From Takakia lepidozioides (Eukaryota; Plantae; Bryophyta), in contig CM060732.1 in the NCBI GenBank assembly GCA_030704615.1, positions 40,982,001-41,046,000 of the forward strand: a DNA stretch of 64,000 bases. The letters run 5' to 3'. The notes under the pieces were generated by a model. That model worked only from the letters and a program-made list of their open reading frames with translations. It did no database searches and was not told the origin of the DNA. Each line of letters begins with the position of its first letter. Positions within the stretch are counted from its first letter, which is position 1. The position numbers and the translations under genes were made by a program. This document shows, in pieces, positions 12,943 to 26,700 of this stretch.

Positions 12943-15900
12943 TCAGGGGCCAGTATTATTGGCTCTGCGAACACCCAGAAGCATGTGTTCATGGGCTTGT
13001 TGCTGTCTGTGCTTCCATCTCCTTTTCATCCAAAGATCGTAAACCACCCTTCTTCGGCCCCATTTCCACCAGAATGGGCCACCCCGATGTCGCTGCTTCA
13101 GTCGTTTCCTCCTTGAATACCCATTGGACATTGCTGCAAGCTGGGCGCTCATTTTCAAAAAGGTGGGCGCGTGCAAATCCGACCAGTAGCACTTTTGCAC
13201 TGAGAAAACCTCCAACAATGCAGTTGCTCCTGCTGGCGTTGGTAAAATATCCTTGGGCAATGGCTTGGGAGTTTCCCCTAGGAGTACCTGGGTACAGATG
13301 GCATAGCATATTAGAGTTGAGGCTAAGATATTATATATGGGATGGCAATATGAATGACCCATTACAGTTGGAACAAAGGGCAGGATATTGTGTGGGAGCA
13401 CATGCATGACAAAATCAGATACGATACCTTCACAACAGCAGCTGCTGATTCTGAGATGGAGCGCAAATTATACCCTCCTTCCAAAACCACCAGCATTCTC
13501 CCCCCTGACAGAGAGTTTAGAAGAGATGCCATGTGGGCATAGCCCAATGGCGTGACATCACAGCCCCCCAAAGGGTCTCCTCTTGCGGCATCAAAACCAG
13601 CGGAGATGATGGTAATATCAGGATCAAACTGCCGTGCGATTGGAAGAACAATATGTTTGAAAGCTGAGATGTAATCCGCATCCCCTATTCCCGCACAACC
13701 CCAAGGTATGTTCACACAAAAGCCCTCCCCAGGACCACTCCCCACCTCTCTTGCCCCACCGGTTCCAGGGTAAAATGCGCCCCCTTCATGCCTGTGGAAA
13801 AATAATTCCTTGTATAAGTGCATAGGATGCCAAAGAGCGTAATTTGTGGGCATGCAAACAATATTGGAATCACACCATGCGTCTGCCTTAGTATGTGCAT
13901 TTTCTTACTCACCAGTTCAAAAGTTGACCCAAGAAGGGACGAAAGGAAACCGAAGCACCAGCTGACTGCTGGTCTCACCTGTGCAGTGAGATGTACAGGA
14001 TTGTTGGATCACGCTCAAAGATTTCTTGGGTTCCATTTCCATGGTGGACATCCCAATCAACAACCAGCACCTTATTGGCCCCAGCAGACTGGGCAGAACG
14101 GGCGGCAACACACACATTGTTGTGCAAACAAAACCCCATTGCTGTTTCCTCTTCAGCATGGTGCCCAGGTGGCCTTACCGCAGCAAACCCATTGTGGAAT
14201 GCTCCAGTCATGATTGCAGTAGCCAGATCTGCACATATGCCTGCTGCTAGCCTTGCAGCCAGGGCTGAATGCTTATTTGCATACGTATCTGGCGTGAAGT
14301 AGCTCAAGTCCTCCTTTTCTTTTGTGGCTTCAACTGCATTGATGTGTTCTGTACAGTGCACCAACTCGAGCTCAGCTTGCGTAATTTCCCTCACAGGAAT
14401 TGCTAAGCAACGGCCAGGGATGAGTCCTAAAGATTCCAGTCCTGCAATGATGGCTCGCAATCGGTTGGGCCTCTCTGGGTGTATTTTCTGTGTCTCCTCA
14501 TGCAACAGCATCCGGTCATCAAATCCAATGGCCGTACGCCTTTCAGAAGACATCACAGCTGTCCCCCCAGTGCCTGCAAAAATGAAATTTATTCAATTCA
14601 GTCCATGCTTTTTCTCCCATACCACTGATCTTACAGGCTAACCATTAAGTACCTAAGAGGAGTAGGACCTCCCCTGCCATACCTGTAGACATCAAATCTG
14701 GTGATTGACACCTTCCTGACCAAGTTCCCTCCTCTTGGGAGGAGACTTTGTCATATTCTGCCTCACCTTCACACATACCCACAAATAACAGTTAAACTGG
14801 TGCACTGCAGCATGATAACACAGCACTGTCCAGACAATAAACAATGCCGCTCTAAGGTAACTGCAATTTGCAGAACAGGGGTGCAGTCAGGCTCTTCGGT
14901 CCACCAGATAGTGTTCCTGACAGTGTACATCTGTGCTAGCCAAGACTGACATTATTTGTTTGAGCAACTGAACTCAAACAGTAAGTAAGGACCTTCTCAC
15001 TCTGGGCACTACACACAATGCGAGGGAATCTTTGAAAGCCATAGAAAAACTGCCACTTCATTGAATTTCTGGGTTGCTGCTTTAATTGTTTTCAGAGTAA
15101 CCTTAGTAGCAAAAGAGTCAACAAGGCTCACAAGGCTCCACATCATCTTGGGGAGGAAGTAGTGGCTCCTTTCTTCCTTGCTTCATATCTTGGGCTCTTG
15201 TGGACATTATGAATTTCCTTCTTTCTCTTAATCACTTTCAAAAGATCAAGAGCTTCAAAAGGCATACTTGACCAATCGAATTACCTGCAGGAACAAATGA
15301 TGATGCCAAGTATCCATGATTCAAAATGCCCGACGTCCGATGTTCATTGCAACGTATGCAATGGCTAACCTCATCTGAATTGGGCATAGTGCAATTGGTG
15401 CAATACCAGCGCGAGTGGGGCTCCCAGTCTTCATCCTCTGATTCTTCATCTTCCTCCCCCCAGTCTTCGGCAGCATACATGGCAAGAAGTTCCTGAATTT
15501 CCCGGATATGTCTTTTCTTTTCTTGTGGCTGAGGGTCAGAAGCAGTAGTTGGTTCCTCAACACCGCCATCCACCCCTATGTGTGCTGGAGAGCCCTCGAG
15601 GGATCTCTTCTTCTCCATCTCTGTATCTGAGCCCTAGGATGCCATACACAATAAACTGTCAAAGTTCTGTCCACAACTTGTCCATGTATTGTCCACTTAA
15701 AATGGTCAGTCAATTGAGCAACCAACAACTACAAATTAACACTTCCCACTGGTAAAAGCACAATGCTCCACTTTTTGAAGTCAACACGAAAATGTGAAAA
15801 AGAGCATCATTTTGGCACCTGCATCTTGCGATATGCTCATAAATGCCTATACTGAATTGGGTGTGGACACTAACTATGACAACTCTTGAAGGCATGCATT

Positions 15901-17110
15901 CAGGAGGGAGAGAGAGAACCTCAATAACATCCACAGGAGGCCCAAAGAGCCCACGAGACAAGGAAAGGCAACAAACAGAGAAACACCAAGAGAGTTTTCA
16001 AATAGCAACCTGCTTCTTCTCTTTCCTCTGTTGGGATTTTGACTTTTTCTCCATAAAGACCTTGGGGCCTGCGAGGTTTCCACTAGCACCAGGTTCACCA
16101 CCCCTTTCTGCATTGATGCTACCAACCACCTCTTCAGCAATCACTCCACTTTTGGCCAGAATCTGAGATCCAGTTTGCTGTGAGTGTTCCCGCTTCACAG
16201 ATGCCCCTGCTTTAGCAACTACCTCCTTGACAGATGGGTATGCATCTTGATTGTGTGCTGGGACTTCAAACAGGAAAGGAGGGTCATGATTGAGTTTTTC
16301 AAGCAGAATCTCCTTAGACTCTGTTCTGTAACCAGCATAACTGACTAGCCAGGGTTACTGAATGAGTCAGACTGGACTCAATTGTGACTGGTCTGAAGCC
16401 CGCAAATTCACATATGTAGGATTTCAATCGAAGCTAACTCAATGACCTAATTGCCACATTTGTGCCTCATCACAGCTCTATTTTCGGAAGTTTTCCTTCC
16501 TGCATTTGTGCCTTCCTACAGAGCTGATTTGAGGGACATCCATAGAGAGCTGGTTAGCATTCGTAAAGGCAACACTATCGATGGAAGCGACTAGGGTTCA
16601 GATTTAGCATTCCAGAGGACACGGTTTTGACAGAAATTCGCTGCTCCTGGAGATCCGTGTACCTCCAACATTTACCAACAATAATCTGACAGTGAAGCCC
16701 CACAACAGACCTGGACGCGCAATTTATTAACCAACAGATTCTGCGCTCATGATTCAATATTATAAACCCAAAATCTCGTAAAGACTAGAGCAGGTCCTCA
16801 AGGCACCCACTATCCAACAGGTTGTTAACATGAAACACGGACACGTTGAGATACCATCCCATCAACCGAGACGAATCCACACGACGAAACCTGATGCGGA
16901 TTTATTGGTATGACCTAACAAAATTTCGAAACATCTCAATGTCAAGTTTCGCCCACATCACACAGTTTCACTGTGTGGCTCACCTGCGTTTTGTGGACTG
17001 TTATCTGCCACAGCGGAGCACACCTCAGCCCTCCTCTGTGGCATCAATCGTGTGCTGCCATCGTCCAGTGTCTTCTCAATGCCCAGGGTTCCTTTCTCCT
17101 GGTGCTCCAT
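12943..17110 (-). CDS. HDA15: Class II histone deacetylase, HDA15-type with RanBP2 zinc finger; N-terminal exons 17110-16984 and 16263-16010 derived from DUS3
   Basis: WYCTNCTMPNSDEVSHCIRC (RanBP2 zinc finger), HPERPNRL, VRPPGHHA, GFCLHNN, DWDVHHGNGTQ, SAGFDAARGDPLG, LEGGYNL, and C-terminal WWKWGRRR. The 5' exons splice in frame to the exon starting at 15633. Confidence 0.92.
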
Positions 17111-17125
17111 GGCAGTGAGCCCTAT
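16010..17125 (-). repeat. Inverted partial duplicate of DUS3 exons 1-2 and flanking intron sequence (counterpart ~17845-18855 on +)
   Basis: MEHQEKGTLGIEKTLDDGSTRLMP matches [44 protein letters not shown]...EKKSKSQQRKEKKQ matches [21 protein letters not shown]...[14 protein letters not shown]. Acceptor regions match too (CATGACCCTCCTTTCCTGTTTGAAG vs AATGACTCTCCTTCCCTGTTTGCAG). Confidence 0.9.
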
Positions 17126-17859
17126 AAGACCCATGGCACATGTGCACCTCTTGGCTAAACTACTAAACCTAGTTATTCTTCACTAAGATATTCTCTCCAA
17201 CTTGGTCTTAGCAAATTGCGCTAAACTTGGCGGGATACTCCCTGTACAGTATGGCCTTTTGAGATACTCTGGCCAACTGGACCTTACCGCTTACAGGCAG
17301 ACCAACCAACAAATTTTGGGAGATGGGTAAGCAATCACCTTCCGGTTACAAACTATAATTCCTAGAAATCTGAGAGAGTCGCGGTCGGGTACAGCTCTGT
17401 CACAACTGCTCATGTGAGTGAAGCACACTTACCCCTGTTTCGGTCTGTGTTGTCGTTAGATGTTTGAACGTTTGAACATTTGAACATTTGAGCGGGTTTT
17501 TGATAGTATTTTAGTCTTGTTCTGTGGATTCAGGGATCTTGTTATGCAGTTTTGTCTTGTGGGTGGTATCTTGTTTCAAATACTAGCAAGGCTGGCATTG
17601 AGCCTAATTCCATGGAGTTGCCTGTGCGTGTGTGATAACGGTTCTTCCCCCAAAATACCTGTATCCGTCAGTTTTCAGGCTTTGCATGCAAACTTGCTCG
17701 GACTAGCTCGAATTTGGGACCAGTCTAGTCTCATTTGACTTGCCACCCATTTGTGGTTCTCAGTTTATCAAAACATTTGTGGGTTTTTCTGTCAAGGACC
17801 GTTTACGCATACAGTCATAGTGTGAAGTACTTGCGAGGTGTTCTTGCAGGCCCGCTGCT

Positions 17860-20800
17860 ATGGAACACGAGAAAGGTGAACTGGGCGTTGAGGAAGCACT
17901 GGAAGAGGACAGCGCACCATTGATGCCAGAGGTGCCTGGTCAGGAGTGCTCCACCTTGAAAGCGGTTACTATAGAAATATCAGAGAAGCCTGTCATCAAT
18001 TCTTTGGATCCTGAACAAACACCGGAACCTGTTGACACCGGTGAGGCTCTACATGTTGCATTGTTTTGTTATCAAGATTTCTCAGTACATTACGGTCATA
18101 TTGTGCGAGGTTTGATTTTATGTATGCTTGTCTAATTGGCCTACGTTTTTCTGTTCTTGTTAACAAGCCGTTTCTTATTTGGGGATAAAACCTGGGTGCC
18201 TTGAGGAACAGGCGGGAGTTTGTGTTCGCTATATCCATTGCTTTCTTAGCTTTAGTAATGAGCACATCTGTGGTGGTCACGAATGTGTATCTTCTTGCAG
18301 TGAATTTCTGTCTGATAATGTCTCCTGAAAAGCTCAAAGCTAAATCCCAGGCAATGTCAAGCAAGTCTGTCAAAAGGTTATTTCCTTCAGTGGTTGTAGA
18401 ATTCTCACAATTGTGGCTGCAACTGACAAAGTCTCTCACAACCTTCAGTTAGGCTTAATGTGATCCAACCCTGTGGATCTGGAGCAGCTAGATAGTCAAA
18501 TGACAACCTTGCTCAGATTGTTACTGATTTACTCAGTAAAGGGGGCTTGCAGTTATGTCTTAAGATATCAGTTTTTGATAACTCGAATAATGACTCTCCT
18601 TCCCTGTTTGCAGTCCCAACACCCAATCAAAATGCATACCCATCTGTGGAAGAGCTTGTTGCCAAAGCACGAGCACCTGTGAAACACGAATACTTGAGGC
18701 AAGCTGGACCTCGAATACTGGCAAATAGTGTAGTGGTTGCTGAAAAGGTGGTTGGAAGCATCAGTGTAGAAAAGGGAGGCGAACCTGGTGGTGGCAGCAC
18801 CACAGTCTCTTTGGAGAAAAAGTCAAAGCGACAACTGAGAAAAGAGAGGAAGCAGGTTTCTGCTAAAAGCCTTTTTGTTGTTTGTTTGTTTGTCACATAT
18901 TCGAAGCCCAGGAGCTCGTTGTGCTTCCTATGAATGGTAAAAAAAAAAAAATCTCTGTTGCTGTCCCTCCCTTTGTGGTCCTACTGTGCACCATGAGCCC
19001 TCTGGGAAGTTCCTTTATTCTACTTCCTCCACCCATGTATGCCTTCACAAGTCATCATAGCCAACGTCCATGGGACAAAGTAACACCAGGGTTGCAGTGA
19101 CAGACAACACAAACACAGTTTCGTCTACAGCCACAGAATAAGCATGGAGTGCGGTAAAGCATTCATAGGTTATGCCAAGCACAGCAAAAGTAGCCCAATT
19201 ATTCCTCCTTGGTAGTGTCATTTTCAACTCATAGGGGCAGACACCTTTCTCTCTATGGTCTCCTGCCAGCACTGATTTATCCCCTTGCCATAGCAGAAAA
19301 TGCAGGCATGGCAAACACAGTTACAACTTCTGCTCAGGCAATGACTTCGTGGTTTAGCAATCAGCACTAGTAGGCCGAGGTTATGATTTGTGCTTGTGGT
19401 AAGCAGTGGCTAAGGGAGTGGAGGCTCAGCCCCTCAATATCTCAGCAATATGGAACGCATGAAATACGAGCTGTGTGATGGAAAGTTGATGCGGGAAGGC
19501 CTGAAATGATGGCTGTCTGAATGTGGTGAAGGAGTGCCACTCCAATCTTCCTTGCGATTTAGGAGCTAATATTTGTGGTGTTTGTCTGCACCAGGCAAGG
19601 TCAAGTGGATCAGCAGAAAATGTTTGTGGTGCAGTAGCCAGGACAGGTGATGTAAAGTCATGCCGTTATGGTACCTCATGTCGCTTCAACCATGACCTGG
19701 CTGCCTTCCTAGCACAGGTATCCTCATATCCCAGAGAGGGTGACAGGCAGAGAGAGACACAGATTAGAACAGCCAAATAACACATGGATGAGAAAGAGAA
19801 TGTACTCATAAGACGTTGTTTGCCGTAGCCTGGATGAGAAAGAGAGAGAGGGAGACAGGAGAGAGAGCTTGGATGCAGTATCTGTTAAAATCGTCAAAAT
19901 TTTGCGTCATTGATGTATCCATGGGGCAATGTAATTGAGGTGAGAAGCTGTGTGTTCATCTGTTGTGGGTGCAGAAACCTCCAGATATACCAGGCAAGTG
20001 CCCCTTTGTAGGTTTGGAGATTGCCTGCCCTTATGGATATGCGTGCCGATTTGCGGGTACTCACACTCAGACCCAGAAGCCCGAAGGTGAGGAGATTTTG
20101 ATAGACAAGAAGAACCAGAAGTCTGGTGTCCAAGAACTGAATAACTTGAACAAGGACTTCCAAAAATTGCTCTGGAAAAATGCAGTTACATTTCCGAGGG
20201 CAGATGCTGAACTGGGAGCTTTGGGCCTTCTGGTATTGTCACAAGCTTTTTGCCCCCTGTGAATGAGTATATTTCTTCCTTTTTCGTTTCTTTCTCCTGT
20301 TATTATTCCATACCCATACGCCCTCAGGCTGTCGGTGAACACAAAAAAGGTCCTTCTTTTGTCTTCTCTCTGTTAGATTTTGAATGGAATGCTACTGGAT
20401 CCCCGTGGTGTCTGGGTAGATGTAAATGTTTTGTTCGTCTGTTTGTTGATTGGCTATTTGCATATGCCATGTCATCTTCTTTATAACTTGATGAGTATGT
20501 TTGCTTGTATTGGCGTTGAGTGGGGCTTTTGAATCAAGTTGTGAGGCTTACTTACACCTACCCACAGTAAAATGACCATGCCTGATGTCCAGTGGGTTAC
20601 TTGTGAGTTGCCAGGGTAAGGCAAAGAGAACAAACGTCAAGCAGGTCTCGATGGACAGTAAGGAAGAGAATGGACCTGACATTTCTCAAGACCCTAGTCT
20701 TACCACAGTACACTTCGAAGACAAAGTTATGGAGATTGACGACCCCTCCAAAAGAGTACAGGGAGATGGAGCTCAATCCACTCAAGCAGGAGATTTGGAG

Positions 20801-23208
20801 AAGGAGGAGCCTGTTGCATTTGATGGATCTTATGGAGAAGTTGGAACAGAGAAACCAAATGCGAACACTGTTTTGAATGGAATTGAGGAAGAAGCACCGC
20901 CTCAGAAACGGGTCCGGACTACCGTTGACAGTGAGACTACCGAATTCGCAACAATTGCTCGTAATATTTCCAGCGATAAGGCAACAACTATTACAAGTGC
21001 ATTGCCAACTAGCAGTGTCGTAGTGCCCAACCGTATGGACCCTTCTTCACCTCACAAAATTGAGGTAGCAACAAGCCATGTTAACGGAAGCAGTGAATCC
21101 TGCGGTACACCTGTCAATGGGCACATGGGGAAGAGTGATACAATTGGTCTGGCTGATGAATCTGCCCAAAATTTGGATAAGGAGGTGAGATTATCTCGAC
21201 GAGAGAAGAAACTGATTGATTTTCGAGGAAAGTTGTATCTGGCACCTTTGACGACTGTGGGCAATTTGCCATTTCGGAGAGTTTGCAAGCATCTGGGGGC
21301 AGACATCACCTGTGGAGAAATGGCTATGTGCACCTCTTTATTGCAGGTAATGTACTACCAAGAACTGTATGTTATAAACCACATTTCACAGCTATTGCTG
21401 CAGTGACCATCGCAGCCTTATTTTTGAGGACAGCCTCTACAGCAGCAGGAGGGCCCTCAGGTACCATGGTTTGGGGTTGCATCTTTGCCTGTACACATGC
21501 TACAGTTGCCAGTGGCAATGGGCGTAGTCTAATTATGTTTTGTTTTCAGGGACAAGCTTCAGAATGGGCCTTGTTAAGGCGGCATGCAGGGGAAGATGTG
21601 TTTGGAGTGCAAATTTGCGGGTCATATGCAGACACTGTTGCACGGGCTGCCGAGCTGATTGAGCGAGAGTGCGAAGTGGATTTCATTGATTTGAACTTGG
21701 GGTGCCCCATTGACCTCGTGGTGAACAAGGGCGCTGGGTCATGTCTTCTTACCAAGCCAGCACGGCTGGAGCAGATTGTGAGAGCTACTGCTGCTGCCAT
21801 TGACAATCCCCTCACTCTCAAGGTAATTTCCCCATTTAGTTTTGTCTGCAAGTTCCATTCACATGAACTGTAGTTTCTTTCAGAACAAGCTCAAAACTGG
21901 AAAGTTTTTCACAGACTCTCCTCTGCCCTCTCTTTGCTCTTCCCATAGACCCTTCTGGGCCTGCAAGGGACTTCATCATTTTTTGTTTTTCGTTCATTTT
22001 TCTTTTCCAACAATTGGGGTTTTTCGTATGTTACGATATATGACACCCCTAACTGACAAATATAATGCTCCACAAACTTAATTATGTAGGCCTGGCTGTG
22101 TAATTCAGTTACGAATGGGCTACTTCGAGGGTCGGAACTGTGCACACACCCTGCTTCCACAGATGCACAAGTGGGGAGCAGCGGCCGTGACCATTCATGG
22201 CCGAACACGCCAGCAACGTTACAGCAAGGTGGCAGACTGGAACTACATCCAACAGTGCACGAGTCAGGCGCCAGAAGAGGTGCAGTTGATTGGAAATGGA
22301 GACGTGTTTTCATACACTGAATTCAATGACCGCTTACAAAGTGGTGGGTCTAAACTCGCTACATGTATGATCGCCCGCGGGGCCTTGATTAAGGTGATAC
22401 ACTCATGACATTTGTGTTTTAGCTTTCTGTTACAATGTTGCTCCGATGCTGCCTCTCAGTGGTATTGTGGAGGGTACTTTTCTGACTATAGCTGCTGGGG
22501 GGTGCAGCCATGGATTTTTACAGAAATCAAGGAGCAGCGACATTGGGACATTACAGCTGAAGAAAGATTAAGTATCCTCAGAGACTACGTGAGCTTCGGC
22601 CTTGAACATTGGGGCTCTGACTCTAAAGGTTCGCCCCTTTCCCCCTCTTCCCACCCTGTTACTCAACAAAAATGTTCAGTAGAGTCTAACAAGAATCCTG
22701 TTGAATTTGGGGACTGAAGGTGTGGAGACAACAAGGCACTTCTTGCTGGAATGGTTGAGCTATGCCCATCGCTACATCCCTGTTGGCGTTTTGGAGGTGG
22801 TCCCCCAACGGCTAAACTGGCGGCCACCCAACTATTTTGGACGGAATGATTTGGAAACGATGATGGCTTCCGACAGTGCAGCTGACTGGGTAACTCTTTT
22901 ACCCTGGAAAGTCGTGCAAGTTCTCATGGCAAAGTTGGCTGCTATGTCAGTTAGTATGAGAAGCTGTGAGAAGCTGCTCTCTCATGTAACATGAGAGAGA
23001 GATTGCCCTAGTTAGACTTTACTTGCTGATTCTACAATGTGCAGTCAATGTAAGAAGGCTAGAGCTGGTCTGACTGTGACTAGGTGGCCATGGGGGTGGG
23101 ACTCACCAGGTTCGAATAACAGAGTTGCTGCTAGGCCCTCCACCACCCGGCTTTCTTTTCTCACCAAAGCACAAGTCCAATGCGTATGACAAGGTTGAAA
23201 ATGGCTGA
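17860..23208 (+). CDS. DUS3: tRNA-dihydrouridine(47) synthase DUS3-like with CCCH zinc fingers (multi-exon)
   Basis: [11 protein letters not shown] and [13 protein letters not shown] zinc fingers; [72 protein letters not shown]; ends [14 protein letters not shown]. Confidence 0.96.
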
Positions 23209-23730
23209 GATGGTTGCTTTGTGCTGTAACTAGCGTAAGGCATGGCTCCTCCTTCTGATCTGCTCTTGGACTCCCGGTTTTCTCCTAAAACTCACGCTAC
23301 TGAAGGATTTTATCGTATCTTGTCACATTTAATAGTATAGTACCTTCAGACTGGTTAGATGAGGTTGAAATGAAATCTTACCCAGAACCAAGGGGAGAAC
23401 AGAGTATAGGATCAGCAGAAGTCGCTACATTTTTGTAGGTTAATGAGTGCAACCAATGCACAATGGTGGTTGCGCTCATGGTATAGAAACTGCTGGAGTC
23501 TTTGGTCCTGAGTGAGCAGGCTCAGGAAATGGTGGCTATGTGGAGGAGAGCTCTTGATTCTACTGTGCCCTTGATCTCTTCTATGGATGAAAATGCAGCT
23601 AGAGACATAGCTGATGCCTTAGTAATTGGATACCTGCAAGTCAACAAACATGTCTAAGTTGCACTCGGAGTGGGTTTATGAACTGCACACCTTCTAATAG
23701 GTGGCAGCAGCCTCAAGGGTTCAACAACTT

Positions 23731-26700
23731 CTAAGTTGCATTGGCTTTGGCTACTGTCATGTCCTCATCCTCTTCACTTGTGGAATCACTAGGTAGCATG
23801 TTTGAGTTATTCTCAGAATTTATATCCTCAATACGTCTCTCTATGTTGGCCAGCTGTAGTTGCATCACATCCAACACGCTGCGCACTTGAGTCCTTGCCT
23901 CTCTCTGCATACATAGTAATTCTTGAGGATATATCACATGTTCAAAACTGCCCTGATGTAGGCAGGAGGAGCAAACAGTCTAGATCAACAGAGTGCAAGA
24001 AGGCTTCTTAATTGATGTCTGAAGGAGCGGGAAACTGCTCATTTTAGCTGCTTGTGGGTGTACAGAAAACACATCCTCGCAAAGTTGACAGTCTTGTTAG
24101 AAAGGGAGTGCAGTGTAGAATTAGAGTCTTGCATTGACATCATGTTGCTGAATACCCCTACCTTGACACAGATGTGGCAAATATTGCCTCGGTTTGCATG
24201 TAGTATTGTTAAGAAGGCTGAGTGTAGTCATGTAGGCATACATGAGCCTGTCTATAGGCAGTTGACCACACTCTCAGTGTATGGACGAGAAAACTCTATA
24301 GCGTTTAAGGAAGCTCAAAGAGCTAAGAAGAGGGACAAAAATGAATATAGTAAGATATTACGTCTCTGGCCACATGGGACTTCAAGAAATGGTGACACAT
24401 CAAACACTCTCAATAGAGAGCGTGTGGGTGTGGGATTGGAACTACAAACAAGTGGTGACTGAATTTACCTCGTTCCGATTAGCAAATTTGCGAGCCAAAT
24501 ATAATGCCTTCTTCCAGGGACTAAGGGGTGGATGCAAGCTGATTCTTTGCTGGTGAAATCTGATGACCCCAATTCTTGTTGGCCTCCTGTAACTTGGTGG
24601 GTCGAGATCAGCCTGTCAAGCCGTAAGATTTTGAGACCAGTGGTGCTTGGCCCAGCTCATTTCAACAACATCACCTCTTTTGTTACATCAACCAGAATGG
24701 ATGATCTGGGTACGGTTCTGGGATCTGCCTCCAATGTTTGCATACCAAGTAGATGAAATGACAAGGATCTTCGGAGGAACTATAGAATTAAATGGGTAGG
24801 CAAGATTGAGCAATACTATTGAGTGAGACCACTGAAATACCTCTCTGAAAGGAATCATCTTCAAAGCTAGTTTGAGAGATGTCACCGCAGCGTTGGCTTC
24901 TGAAAGGTGGGGATCAAGGGGACTTTGCATGCTTGAAATTCTTCGCAGCTCCTGCATCATGTGAAGACAGTAAAGAGGACAGAGAAGTACTCATTTGATT
25001 AGCTTGTCATAGCCTCATACACCCCGATTTGGGTAGAGCCAAGGGAAGAGAGAAAAACGAGAAACTTTTAGCATCCATGGGAAGTTTATGGGACACGTGC
25101 TAAAGAGGAAAGTGGGGCCCCCAACAACCACTAGAACACTACAATCCAAATTCCAGAGATTCCCTAAGGTGGAAAGGGGGACTTGCAAAGGATTCTTCCA
25201 AGTCCACAAAGAGAGCTGAGGGAGAGTACTGTGACCTGCAAGCAGAATGGTGGGAAGCTGGACACACCTCTTGCATGTGTGGGGGGGGAAACGGGCTTGA
25301 AATTGGAAGCATTTCTTCAGTGTCAGCAATAGCCACTTGTGCTTCCATGCCATCTGAAGGCTGTCAGATTCCAGAACATGCAATAGGTATGGATAACACT
25401 CAATTGCACAGAAGGTAACAAGCAAGGTTTTTTCGCAGTATTGACTTCCATACACTAGAAAATGCCACATATTGCTGGTTTAGATTGAGGGTGCGTCAAA
25501 TCATTCTGGTGTTAGCAACAGTATCTCGGATGTGGGTTTGCTACACCTGAGAAATTTACTTGTGATGAATTGTTACCGGCATGCTGGTGCTGATGGAGCC
25601 CGCAAGAAGGTGTTCATCTAGCTTCTTGGAGCTCTCATCTAGCTCCTGGCTGAGCTTGTCAAATGCTGCCACCATCTTTCCATCAGAGAATATTACCTGA
25701 TCCATGTCTTCACAAAGCCACGAGTTACATTTATGAGAATTATTCTTAGAGCTAAGGTGAGGGGCCCTATCATGTAACAATATTCTCTGCTAGTAGTGAT
25801 CATTGTCAGTAATTGGCAAACTGAAAGAGTTTCGTTCTTTTGATAGGAATGTCAGATGATAAAATATGCTTTTATGGATTTTCTTAGACATATCTATACC
25901 AATGTTCCACTGAACTCCAGCATACCAAGCATTTTATATGTATGTTTTGAGAGGCTGAAAACTTGAATTAATATAAACCTCAGAGTAAAAACTCCAAAAG
26001 GATCATGTCTACATGGTTTTTGTTGTACAAATTATACTTAATGACTGCTATTGAGGGACCCAAAAAGCATTGCCCAATCTTGAATCGTCACTGTATTATG
26101 TGCTATTGTTTCTCGACTCCTTCCCTTATTAGTTCCCGTAAACCCTGACTTTGAAAGGCTTTTTCTTATCTAATGAATTATGCCTTGCTTAGGGACCAGG
26201 ATCAGAGCCTGGGTTCGAACACTTTCATGTTCAATGCCTCAAGATAAGGATTTTGAAATCTCCCATCACAACAACACCATTGTACAAAAAACTGGGTTAG
26301 GTAACCACCGAGGTAGAAGTCAGGGCTGTACCATCCAGCTAAGCTTTAAGGAGAACATGAATGAAAGCATGCTGACAAGCAGTTACTTACCGGTTGAAAG
26401 GGTTTTGGTGGATGGACCACATTTTTCAGCTTTCCTTCATACTGCTGAACAGGACTTCGCTTGTGATGATCAGGCTCCTCCAGAATCCAATGCTGGCCTG
26501 CCTCTTGTGCTTCCAAAGCAGCCTTTAGAATTGGCTTCGATATTGGCAGGCACCTTCCCAATGTGTCATACGCTACTTTCGCAGCCAAAGGTGTATCCCA
26601 CAACATAACCTGAGGGAGGAGTCTGAGATCAGAGACATGAAATGAAATGGTACTTTATAACGTCCGCAGAAAGCTCATAGAGCTTATGGGACAAAATGGA

